A program made the position numbers and the translations under genes. From Octopus bimaculoides (lineage: Eukaryota), in the NCBI RefSeq assembly GCF_001194135.2, contig NC_068989.1, forward strand, positions 63,636,896 through 63,671,103: a stretch of DNA of 34,208 nt, read 5' to 3'. Shown in pieces: positions 23,291 to 34,208 of the stretch; positions within the stretch are counted from its first letter, which is position 1; each line of letters starts with the position of its first letter. The notes under the pieces were generated by a model. It was given only the letters and a program-made list of their open reading frames with translations, did not search any database and was not told the origin of the DNA.

Positions 23291-24315
23291 AGGATAATAT
23301 TTCACTATTAAATAACTAGAATAAATAGAGAATATTAATATTCTTTTCGTCTTGAATAGCCTCGAGGAGTTCTTTAAGTGTAGGAAAATGAATTTGTTTA
23401 CTATACGCTTTTTGAAGTAGCATATCTTTAGAGATTTATATCGCGTTACTTTTGTCGGTGTGTCTTCAACCCGTTTATTGCTCTACTTCTTTTGCACGAA
23501 TAAATCGATTGTTTCTAGAAATTTCTTGATTTTGATACCTGTCATAGAAATGAAAGGCATCACTCCTTTTTCTTTTTTCATAAAAAGAAATATCTAAGCT
23601 TGATAAATGTATTCTATATAATGCCAATACCACTTGGCAGAATTGACCATCTCAGTAGACTCTTTCCTTGGTCTTTGACCCTAACATTACATCTTTTTAT
23701 TTTATTTTATTTTATTTTATTTTATTTTATTTATTTATTTATTTTTAAAGCACGAGAATGTTGATACACACTACTTACTGTGTACGATCATTTGCTGTTA
23801 ACCTTCCGCTTGTTGACTAACCACTTTAGGGTCAACTGTCATTTTTCATTTGCAACAAAACTGTAAAATATATCCGGTGTATATTTCTCTAAGATAAAAA
23901 TCTTGTATAAACGTTCAAATATATAAACTGATTTACAACGAGAGGCTGCAGTATTAAGTGAGACATGAATTTGAAATAAATTCAGAACATGCTAGTAGAG
24001 AATGAAACTATTGCATACAGTGTTATGCATATATTTTTTTTCAAAACATTTGATTTGCATAATTGATTCTTTTTAACTGCAAAATCTCCATGATCAAAAT
24101 TATTATGAAATTAACTGCAGTATTTAATTAAATGAATTTGCATTATTTGATATTTCAGTATATTATCAGTATTAACAAAGCCTGACGTATATGTATATGT
24201 GTAATAAAGAAATATATATTTAAAAATAAAGAATATATATGTGTATGTGTGTGTATGATTGTATATAGAAGTATATATAAATATATATATATATATATTT
24301 ACAACTACAAATGTG

Positions 24316-24355
<40 letters not shown>

Positions 24356-24365
24356 TATATTTATA

Positions 24366-24536
24366 GGCGTAGGAGTGGCTGTGTGGTAAGTAGCTAGCTT
24401 ACCAACCACATGGTCCCGAGTTCAGTCCCACTGCGTGGCATCTTAGGCAAGTGTCTTCTACTATAGCCTCGGGCCGACCAAAGCCTTGTGAGTGGATTTG
24501 GTAGACGGAAACTGAAAGAAGCCTGTCGTATATATG

Positions 24537-24569
<33 letters not shown>

Positions 24570-24699
24570 ATGTTTGTATGTGTGTGTTTGTCCCCCAACA
24601 TCGCTTGACAACCGATGCTGGTGTGTTTATATCCCCGTAACTTAGCGGTTCGGCAAAAGAGATCGATAGAATAAGTACTAGGCTTCTAAAGAATAAGTC
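24366..24699 (+). mobile_element. tRNA-type SINE family A, near-intact (3' end in gap)
   Basis: ggcgtaggagtggctgtgtggtaag...gagttcagtccc...; closely matches 15856-16171. Confidence 0.92.
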
Positions 24700-24843
24700 N
24701 NNNNNNNNNNNNNNNNNNNNNNNNNNNNNNNNNNNNNNNNNNNNNNNNNNNNNNNNNNNNNNNNNNNNNNNNNNNNNNNNNNNNNNNNNNNNNNNNNNNN
24801 NNNNNNNNNNNNNNNNNNNNNNNNNNNNNNNNNNNNNNNNNNN

Positions 24844-24875
<32 letters not shown>

Positions 24876-25436
24876 ACACTTACATGTATACACATATGAT
24901 AAAGTAGAACGATAAATTAATAGTATGATATACTAAATACGTTATAATATAGGTGGCTAAAACAATTAAAAACCAAAAGGTTTAATACATAAATAAGGGT
25001 ACAACATAGAAGCTACAATTGCTACAAATAAGAGCTAAAAATATAACTCGGATAGCCACACAAAATCACTAAACATATGAGCTGTTTAAATGGCCCGCGA
25101 GCGGCAAGCCACAGCATCTTACCCTAGCGAAATAAAACTCACTGATTGAAATAATCTGATTTTGTAATTTAACCAGTCAGGTTTCGTTCCTCTAGAGCCT
25201 CCACAATTTACTCCCGTTTAAAGAGCGCCAAATTCAAAGCGGTTTAAGCGTATATAAACATACAGTTAGATATTATAAAGATAAGTTAATATTATGATAT
25301 ATTAAATACGTTTTCTGTTATTCCTTTTAAGTACCATATCATTTTTTATTTATTCATTTATTTATGTAGTCAATCATTCATTCATCTATTTCTCTCCTTA
25401 AATATTAATGCTTCCAAACTTCATTCATCTACTTAC

Positions 25437-25680
25437 CTGTTATTTTTCCATTGCATTCTTTCACGATTCTGCTACACGCCCATCCTATTTTATTCTCTCT
25501 TGCCAAAATACTCCCTTCGTTTCCTCTTTCTGTCCTCTCTTTTTGCTCCCCTTTTCTTCCTTTTCTTTCTTTGTTTATACTCTCTCCTTTCTCTCTTTTT
25601 CTACTTTCATTGTTACTTTCCTTTCTTTTCTTTTTTTCTTTTTCTTCTTTTTGCTTCTTCTTTTCCCTCCTATATATTTC
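25437..25680 (-). CDS. Candidate Lys/Glu/Arg-rich exon, phase 0 to 1
   Basis: 244 nt open frame EIYRREKKKQKEEKEKKKRKESNNESRKREKGESINKERKGRKGEQKERTERGNEGSILARENKIGWACSRIVKECNGKIT(G), bounded by acceptor tttcctgttatAG and donor CAG|GTAAGT. Purine-rich tracts are stop-poor by chance, so support is weak. Confidence 0.25.
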
Positions 25681-25780
25681 CTATAACAGGAAACCTATAT
25701 ATAGATGGACAAACCCCTCGATATTCAGCAATAACTTGCCTCAAGATCTTGTGCAGCCACAAGTGAAATTCAGAGTTACA

Positions 25781-26100
25781 AGGCGCAGACGTGGCTATGC
25801 GGTAAGAAGTTTGCTTCATAACCACATGTCCTTGGTCTCAGTCCCACTGCGTGGTACTTTGGCCAGGTGTCTTCTACTTTAGCCTCAAGCTACCTAAAGC
25901 TTTGTTATTATCCATTGGTGACTGAATTAAAACCATCGTATATATAGGTATATATTTATGGGTGTGCCATTATCCTTCTGTTTGTTCCCAATGGCTGCTT
26001 GAGAATCAGTATCGGTTTGAACCGTAACTTAGCGGTTAGGTAATTGGATTATATGCTGGCTGTGGGGTCAGTTCGATTCCATCAAGTTTCTAGAATTCAT
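25781..26100 (+). mobile_element. SINE family A, degenerate
   Basis: ggcgcagacgtggctatgcggtaagaagtttgctt..aaccacatg..cagtcccactgcgtgg...ccgtaacttagcgg...ggggtcagttcgatt. Confidence 0.8.
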
Positions 26101-26139
26101 TCCGGGTCGTTCGAAAAGGTATGATACAACAGAAGAGCT

Positions 26140-26575
26140 CGCTTTTTGTTAAACAATGCCGGGCATTTTCGCTGCACAGTAGCATACATCTGTTCCAGCT
26201 GTTCGGAGTACAGTTTAGCATCGATGATGCGAACGTCTGTAACGAATTAGTAGTAAATTATCCCCTCATAATTCAACCAGACGCAGAGAATTATCTTGTG
26301 TTCAAAATGCTAATGGTTGGCAATATGGTCCGAAAGCTGGCTCTAGCGTAACCATTGCTAATTCACATTAGGGTTGCGGAAAGATATCTCCCTTGAATTA
26401 TTACTACGTTCGCGACGCTTCACCGATCATGGAGAGGTGGGAGATTCATTTATCGTCTGGGAGAACAAGGAATTGTATCAACGTGGGATCAAAGACGTGG
26501 CGGAAAAGTAGTTTCCAAGGGTACAACACGATGAATTCTACATTGAATGCTAGGCAATTTTAGTTGTAACTTGAC
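26140..26575 (+). mobile_element. Heavily decayed mariner transposase C-terminal fragment
   Basis: RRFTDHGEVGDSF..ENKELYQRGIKDVAEK*..VQHDEFYIEC* resembles the mariner C-terminus; upstream gatatctccc..ttatta resembles an (SP)DISPSDY motif. Confidence 0.5.
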
Positions 26576-26700
26576 GGATAGAACAAATAAGTTAGCAAAA
26601 TACTGCAAAGCATTTGACTCAACAAAATAATCTAGCGAAAGGAGGCTTGTCTTGTTTTGAATGTATGCCGATCAAGGATGTTAACATCGGTGAGGGAATG

Positions 26701-26735
<35 letters not shown>

Positions 26736-27466
26736 NNNNNNNNNNNNNNNNNNNNNNNNNNNNNNNNNNNNNNNNNNNNNNNNNNNNNNNNNNNNNNNNN
26801 NNNNNNNNNNNNNNNNNNNNNNNNNNNNNNNNNNNNNNNNNNNNNNNNNNNNNNNNNNNNNNNNNNNNNNNNNNNNNNNNNNNNNNNNNNNNNNNNNNNN
26901 NNNNNNNNNNNNNNNNNNNNNNNNNNNNNNNNNNNNNNNNNNNNNNNNNNNNNNNNNNNNNNNNNNNNNNNNNNNNNNNNNNNNNNNNNNNNNNNNNNNN
27001 NNNNNNNNNNNNNNNNNNNNNNNNNNNNNNNNNNNNNNNNNNNNNNNNNNNNNNNNNNNNNNNNNNNNNNNNNNNNNNNNNNNNNNNNNNNNNNNNNNNN
27101 NNNNNNNNNNNNNNNNNNNNNNNNNNNNNNNNNNNNNNNNTAGCAGGGCAACCCAGGGTTGCTCTGGAAGGAAAAAAGCAAAATATGCTGTATAGAAATC
27201 TGAGGACATTCTGTAGATGGACTCTCAGATGAATGATGACTGGGCACCTCTCATGAATTGGAAAATTGAAGATGCGCCAAAAAGCCTCATTGGTACTTGG
27301 AAACGTTTACGAAAATTAAAATGTGGATTAAATGAAAAAAATGATTTACGTGAATATCCTCACAAGAGTAATTGAAATAAATTGCGATTATGGAACCCAT
27401 CACGCACGCACGAAAGCACACAAGCACGCGCACGCACACACACAGAGTATCACACATCAGATGAAA

Positions 27467-27507
<41 letters not shown>

Positions 27508-27579
27508 CAGAGAGAACGAGTGAGAGAGAGAGAGAGGTTTGTTGTCATGTATACGTACATGCATAAATATGCATACATC

Positions 27580-27614
<35 letters not shown>

Positions 27615-27647
27615 GTATGAGAGAGAGAGAGAGAAAGAGAGAGTAAA

Positions 27648-28529
27648 TCTATACTATATATAAAACAGAGATGTGTGTGTAATCGCTTTTCTCGTGAAAT
27701 CGACTTCACCAAATGCTTCCATACTTGTGATGCGTGAATAATTTGACCTCGGATAAATGTTAGGCTCTTCATTTGATATTTTTAATTAAAAATAAATAAT
27801 ATTGCTTTATATTTAAGATNNNNNNNNNNNNNNNNNNNNNNNNNNNNNNNNNNNNNNNNNNNNNNNNNNNNNNNNNNNNNNNNNNNNNNNNNNNNNNNNN
27901 NNNNNNNNNNNNNNNNNNNNNNNNNNNNNNNNNNNNNNNNNNNNNNNNNNNNNNNNNNNNNNNNNNNNNNNNNNNNNNNNNNNNNNNNNNNNNNNNNNNN
28001 NNNNNNNNNNNNNNNNNNNNNNNNNNNNNNNNNNNNNNNNNNNNNNNNNNNNNNNNNNNNNNNNNNNNNNNNNNNNNNNNNNNNNNNNNNNNNNNNNNNN
28101 NNNNNNNNNNNNNNNNNNNNNNNNNNNNNNNNNNNNNNNNNNNNNNNNNNNNNNNNNNNNNNNNNNNNNNNNNNNNNNNNNNNNNNNNNNNNNNNNNNNN
28201 NNNNNNNNNNNNNNNNNNNNNNNNNNNNNNNNNNNNNNNNNNNNNNNNNNNNNNNNNNNNNNNNNNNNNNNNNNNNNNNNNNNNNNNNNNNNNNNNNNNN
28301 NNNNNNNNNNNNNNNNNNNNNNNNNNNNNNNNNNNNNNNNNNNNNNNNNNNNNNNNNNNNNNNNNNNNNNNNNNNNNNNNNNNNNNNNNNNNNNNNNNNN
28401 NNNNNNNNNNNNNNNNNNNNNNNNNNNNNNNNNNNNNNNNNNNNNNNNNNNNNNNNNNNNNNNNNNNNNNNNNNNNCAAGTATATAAACAATAATTTCAT
28501 TCCCGAGCAACGCCGGGTGCCTCTGCTAG
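27648..28529 (+). mobile_element. Helitron-like element (inner copy)
   Basis: A|TCTATACTATATATAAAACAGAGATG at 27648; hairpin cccgagcaacgccggg (28502-28517) followed by CTAG|T at 28526-28530; interior mostly gap. Confidence 0.7.
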
Positions 28530-28920
28530 TACTACATACACACCGCTCTCTCACTCTGTCTCACACACATACACACGCACACATACATCCAAAAATGATG
28601 GATGCATATGACAACACACCCCTTGACTCACTCACACTCTGTCTCTTACAAACACACACATACATAAATATATACAAACATATTTACAAAGACACACGTG
28701 TGTATGCGCGCGTGCGCGTGTGTGTGTGTACGTGAGAGAGAGTTAGACAGACAGACAGACAGACAGACAGAGATAGAGACAGAGAGAGAGAGGGAGAGAG
28801 ACAGAGCCAGTGAAGGGGTGTGTCGACAATTATACGTACATACATAAATAGTCATACATTTCTTGTACGTATGTGTGAGTGTGTGTGTGAGAGAGAGAGA
28901 GAGTCACTGAAACATCTCTG

Positions 28921-29040
<120 letters not shown>

Positions 29041-29869
29041 GTGCAGATATACACACAGAAAAGATGTATGCATATGTATTTATGTATGTACGTAGACATC
29101 ACAACACACCCCTTCACTCACACACATACAGAAACACACATGTGAGTGTGTGATTCACTACGAATACATAGAGCTGAACACGGCGTGCCAAAAAAAATAA
29201 TAATAGAAAATTTATTTACGGAAATAATGAGAGAGAGAGAGAACATTGCAAAGAATAAATGAGATGAACATGGAACGCCCGAAAATCGTATAAATAAAAG
29301 CACGTTAAAAACTATCTTGTACGGAATATTTAAATTTATGAACTTCGTAAATATGTTTCAGTAATTGATCGTAGTTGTTTACAGAAAGCGAACATTAAAA
29401 GTAGAGAGTGAGAGACGTCGCAGTTTTTTCACGTCCGTACCGGAAGTTGACATTGAGAAACCTTTTTAAAGAAGTGAATCTTAAATATAAAGCAATATTA
29501 TTTATTTTTAATTGGAGATTTAAAAAAATCAAATGAAGAGCCTAAGATTTATCCGAGGTCAAATTATTCATGTATCAGAAGTATGGAAGTAAATAGTGAA
29601 GCCGTTTTCACGTGATAAGCGATTATACACACATCTCTGTTTTATATATAGTATAGATAAACACATATATATATGAGAGCTTTTCAACAAAAGTCTCGTA
29701 CAATTACAATATAATGTCTTCGCCGTGTTACAAACACGTTTTTATCATCTCTCGTGTCACCAGAAATGATGGTATCTTCGTAGTACAAGGGAGGTGGGCT
29801 TACTGAGCAACCATTCTAAATAATTCGTTTATAGTGATCAAATATATATTCTGTACATTAGATCCCTCC

Positions 29870-30015
29870 CTCCATCAAATCAACGTCCCTTGAACAGGTG
29901 ACGATGTACAATACTTCAGGTGTCAAAGTGATGGCCGAAGAACGGGAGAGAATGTGTTTTACTCAAGAACTCAACGCGCCACACGGACCAGGAATTGAAA
30001 TCACGATCACGTGAT

Positions 30016-30019
<4 letters not shown>
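29870..30019 (-). mobile_element. SINE family C fragment
   Basis: tgtgttttactcaagaactcaacgcgccacacggaccaggaattgaaatcacgatc is the reverse complement of a B-box-containing SINE head related to 30330-30420. Confidence 0.6.
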
Positions 30020-30048
<29 letters not shown>

Positions 30049-30130
30049 GTGTGGGTGTGGGTGTGTGTGTATGTATGTATACTATGTCTATATGTATGTA
30101 TGCATGTATGTATGTATGTATGTATAGGGG

Positions 30131-30440
30131 CATGAATGATCATGGGTTTGCACCTAGAAGGTTACCCTTCGAGGCAGAATCCAGGCAACGTTATTTATGG
30201 ACCAGAATTAGCCCATGCGTACCAGCCACTTTCTCTCCACGCCACCGATATTATTCAAGGGAAAGGCAAAAGCCGATACAGCACGGCATGAGTGACGTCG
30301 CAACTCATTTCTACAGCTGAATGAACTGGTGCAACGCGAAATAGTGTCTTGCTTAAGAACACAACACACAAGCACGTCCGTGTATCGAACTCCCTGCCTC
30401 TTGATTGTGCGCCCGACGCTCTAACCTCTGATCCATGCAC
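30131..30440 (-). mobile_element. tRNA-type SINE family C
   Basis: Minus strand gtgcaTGGATCAGAGGttagagc (A-box-like)...GGGAGTTCGATAC (B-box-like)...gtgttcttaagcaagacactatttcgcgttgcaccagttcattcagctgtagaaatgagttgcg. Confidence 0.82.
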
Positions 30441-31426
30441 ATATTTGTATATGTGTGTGTGCGTGTGTGTGTTATGTATGTACGTATGTATGTATGTATG
30501 TATGTACATATATATATATGTATGTATGTATGTATGTAAGTATGTATGTATCATTCTATTTCATAAGAAATAAGCCAAGCACCCTCACTCTCCTCCAGAA
30601 ATAGAGTGAAACAAAGGTCATTGATTGGTCTGCAGGTAACCTATTACAAGCGAGTTTATTGTTCAAAAATGTGATATGTAATATAAAATAAATGCGTCTG
30701 TACGTTGATACATTTTGTAAATCTAAGGAAAATTTATGCAGTCGTATACATTTCGATATATGAATATTTCAGTTGTATATGATATAAAAATAATGATTAT
30801 AAAAAATATGCAGTGAAACACATAGTTGTTCTTTAAATGTTCTCAATTCTGTCAAAATTTATTGTCAATTAAACAAAATAAAATTCCTTTTGTTCTTGGT
30901 TGTTTTGCTAGTAATTGCATTTGATTTCTACTTAATATATTTCAAATATCAAAAATAAAATACAGATAGAAATTTCTCTGCAAAAGAACCAACAATTATT
31001 ATATGTAATTTTTTTAGGAAATTTTAATCTTTCAAAATTGATCTTGAAAGAAAATTTTAGTTTCTGGCGCATTTGGCTTCAGTAACAAATTCAATGAAAT
31101 AAAACTGTTTTTGTTAAATGATGAAGATACATCTCTGCTTAAAATTGATAAGACAAAAAGTAATATGTTCCAATATTTTAATTCCTTAAAGGAAGAAATG
31201 TACAAGTATAAACCATATTATTTATGTGGGAGTAAAAAATCAAAACCGAGCCGAAAATACCTTCAAAATAATGCGTAGCGCTTGTGATATTTAGATAATT
31301 AATATGCATACAAATGCATATGTGTTTGTGTATGTGTCTATGCGTGTGTATGAATGTGTGTATGTATGTATGCATGTGTGTATACAGAAATATACACATA
31401 TATGTGTGTGTGTGTTTCCGTGTGTA

Positions 31427-31466
<40 letters not shown>

Positions 31467-32469
31467 TATATATATGTATATAAATATAATCATAAATATA
31501 TAGGGATTGACAGTAACCTGCTTCTCCAACATACTGAGAATTCAGAAATAGCAGCCAAAGAACTACTGATTCCAAAACTACAAATTATTATTGCAAATTG
31601 ATAGCGATATTGTTAACAAATTTATTAGAATATTTAGCTGAAGATCAGAATAGAGTATTCTTTACTCTTAACTATGAAACGATCGTACTAAATTAACTAA
31701 AGGCAGGTGGTTTTTTTACTCTTCTCTACTGTTTATTGTTCTGTGTGTATCAAAAATATCGCNNNNNNNNNNNNNNNNNNNNNNNNNNNNNNNNNNNNNN
31801 NNNNNNNNNNNNNNNNNNNNNNNNNNNNNNNNNNNNNNNNNNNNNNNNNNNNNNNNNNNNNNNNNNNNNNNNNNNNNNNNNNNNNNNNNNNNNNNNNNNN
31901 NNNNNNNNNNNNNNNNNNNNNNNNNNNNNNNNNNNNNNNNNNNNNNNNNNNNNNNNNNNNNNNNNNNNNNNNNNNNNNNNNNNNNNNNNNNNNNNNNNNN
32001 NNNNNNNNNNNNNNNNNNNNNNNNNNNNNNNNNNNNNNNNNNNNNNNNNNNNNNNNNNNNNNNNNNNNNNNNNNNNNNNNNNNNNNNNNNNNNNNNNNNN
32101 NNNNNNNNNNNNNNNNNNNNNNNNNNNNNNNNNNNNNNNNNNNNNNNNNNNNNNNNNNNNNNNNNNNNNNNNNNNNNNNNNNNNNNNNNNNNNNNNNNNT
32201 ATATATATATATATATATATATATGTGTATGTATATGCATATACATGTATATATGTAATGTATGAGTGTACGTGTATCGCTTAACCATTACGATACTAAT
32301 GACCTGGGAGAGATCTCAATATACGTATATCTGAACGAAGCGTTAGTCGATCATATAACGGTAGTGAGAAACGAGATGAGAAAGGAATAAACAGCTATCT
32401 TATGAACTTCATTAGCTTACAGCCTGTTTCGGCATTGCTGATATTTAGAAATTACCTATATTTGTATTT

Positions 32470-33110
32470 TAAGCAAAAATAAATATCCTGAAATCTGTCA
32501 GAAACGTCTCTGTGCAGGTCATTCCTATGTAAACAATACACTTGGTTCCATCTTCTCGTATCCAATTTTCCTTCTCCAGTTCAGAATGTCTCGGTAACTG
32601 GAAGAACTAAGGCGACTTGCCATATTTGGATAATTGTAACTTACACTGAAATGTGGAGAGATCTGCTTTTACTTGAGTCGATTTTCGACCAAATTTCATT
32701 GCAGTTGCAAATTAATTTCATTGAACTTTGTGAATATATCTGCCATATAAGCAATATCATACTTGATGTGTCTTAGTTCATCCCAACGGATAGAATTACA
32801 TTTTTGTAAGAATTCAATAACTGTTTTACCAAAGGAAACGTGAAGTTATTTGTTTATTTAAAGTGCTCAACAACTTCAATCTACCACTAAGGGTATTTGC
32901 AGTCTGTAGATTACACAGCAAGCTGTAAAAACTCTAAACATACCATTTTCAATAAACTGGTAAATCAGCGACGACAACCTACCATCGATGATGTCACATT
33001 GCTCCAATAGCAAATACTGAGTCCTCATTTGTAACTGCTTCCAGTAGTGTTGCAAATAACGGGTCTTGAATGAAACGTTAATCTTCGATGAAGTAAACAA
33101 GCAAGAAACA
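32470..33110 (-). mobile_element. hAT (Charlie/Buster-like) transposase remnant
   Basis: Minus strand, frameshifted: RVFTACCVIYRLQ (cf. HCVIHRQ, CxxH motif), TLSGRL, then KTVIEFLQKCNSIRWDELRHIKYDIAYMADIFTKFNEINLQLQ*, matching the AYL.D.F.K.N..NLQLQG motif of Buster/ZBED-type hAT transposases. Confidence 0.8.
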
Positions 33111-34208
33111 GACATTTATTACTTGGGACAGGGATCTCATCTAACTGATCTAGATTTGGTCGTTCTAATTATATTACACAACACAGCTTCATTGTTGTAG
33201 CATTCCACATTGGGAAACTTTCAATGCACATTTTTAGAGAAAAGAATTCATAGTTCCACATATTCTGTTTGATTTTCATGGTTAGAATATCGAAAAACCA
33301 AAACAGAATAAAAAACAGAGCAATTCCGACTTACTAGTTTTTTTTGTTTTGTTTTTTTTTCAAAACTTTTCTATCAAAATACAGATTACAAATCTTTTAA
33401 TACGACAACATGACGAAAAATATAAAAAAAAACAGGAAGCAACTAGTGATAGCTTCTGTTCTGAAGGTGCGATTAGGGGATGGGTAGATGTTTGAAAAAA
33501 TATGGATTACAAAGTTTTAATTTTAAAGAAAGTCGGCCCCCGAGGGTTTTGAAATGTGGGATAGTAATAAAATATGGAAAAATCCCCAAAACATCCCCGT
33601 GTAATTCTGATCTATATAAGACTGCAACTCCTATTGCTAAATAAGAAGATATTTTATAATTAAAAAAAAACATCTTGAGAGAGATTCTAAATCATAAATT
33701 CGCAACAGTACCTTTGTAATAATTCTTATATCAATCACTATGTGAGTCTATTGGGTCAAGCCTGTATTTAAAGCAAATTCTAAAGTTTGTCTTTTTACTC
33801 AGAACGAAAGTCAAGTTATCATTTACAGAAATAGCAAGAATTTCTTACATTTAACCTAAAACAACAAACTCAAGAGAGCAACTGTGTGAAATAAAAAGGG
33901 AGTCGCAATTGCAGTTGTCAAATAGGAAATGCTTTATTAAGAGAAAATGATCACTCTCTCTCTTTCTATCCCTTCCTCTCTCTCTTCCTCTCTTTCACTC
34001 TCTGTCAACATATATGTGTGTGCGATGGGGGTGTACGTATGTATATATGAACAAACATATATATAAATATAGATATATAAATAAAGATATATGCTTAGAC
34101 AACATGCTTAGATGTACACAAACACACACTTTCACACATATGCATATATACGAGTGTCTGTGTATATATATGTATATATACGCGTATATATATATATTTA
34201 TATATATA

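Noticed and set aside
23779-23860. 82-nt minus segment with good acceptor and GTAAGT donor
   Set aside because: Stops in all frames; it could only be a UTR exon, which cannot be supported without transcripts.
31517-31575. Minus segment LESVVLWLLFLNSQYVGEAG resembling a signal peptide
   Set aside because: No ATG, weak donor (GTTACT), and phase incompatible with the other candidates.

Overview
AT-rich eukaryotic genomic scaffold with nine N-gaps, dense compound microsatellites and many decayed transposons. The SINE families and microsatellite load suggest a coleoid cephalopod, probably Octopus; this is inference from recall, not a database result. No complete, recognisable protein-coding gene is present, and nearly all ORF-track entries are microsatellite, gap or antisense artefacts. 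Supported features: DNA transposon remnants (mariner, DD37D/maT-like, Tigger-like MITE, hAT Charlie/Buster-like), LINE fragments (R4/Dong-like, Tx1/L1-like endonuclease), three tRNA-type SINE families and Helitron-like elements. There are also several candidate minus-strand low-complexity exons, the best being a 150-codon stop-free frame running off the left edge (1-450). The most interesting leads are a plus-strand segment reading like a neuropeptide precursor (KR-EIAGFDGINSSMRL-G-KR, 14554-14709), an interleaved A-B-A'-B' inverted-repeat cassette (11101-11945), and a Helitron apparently nested antisense inside a related Helitron (27141-29657).
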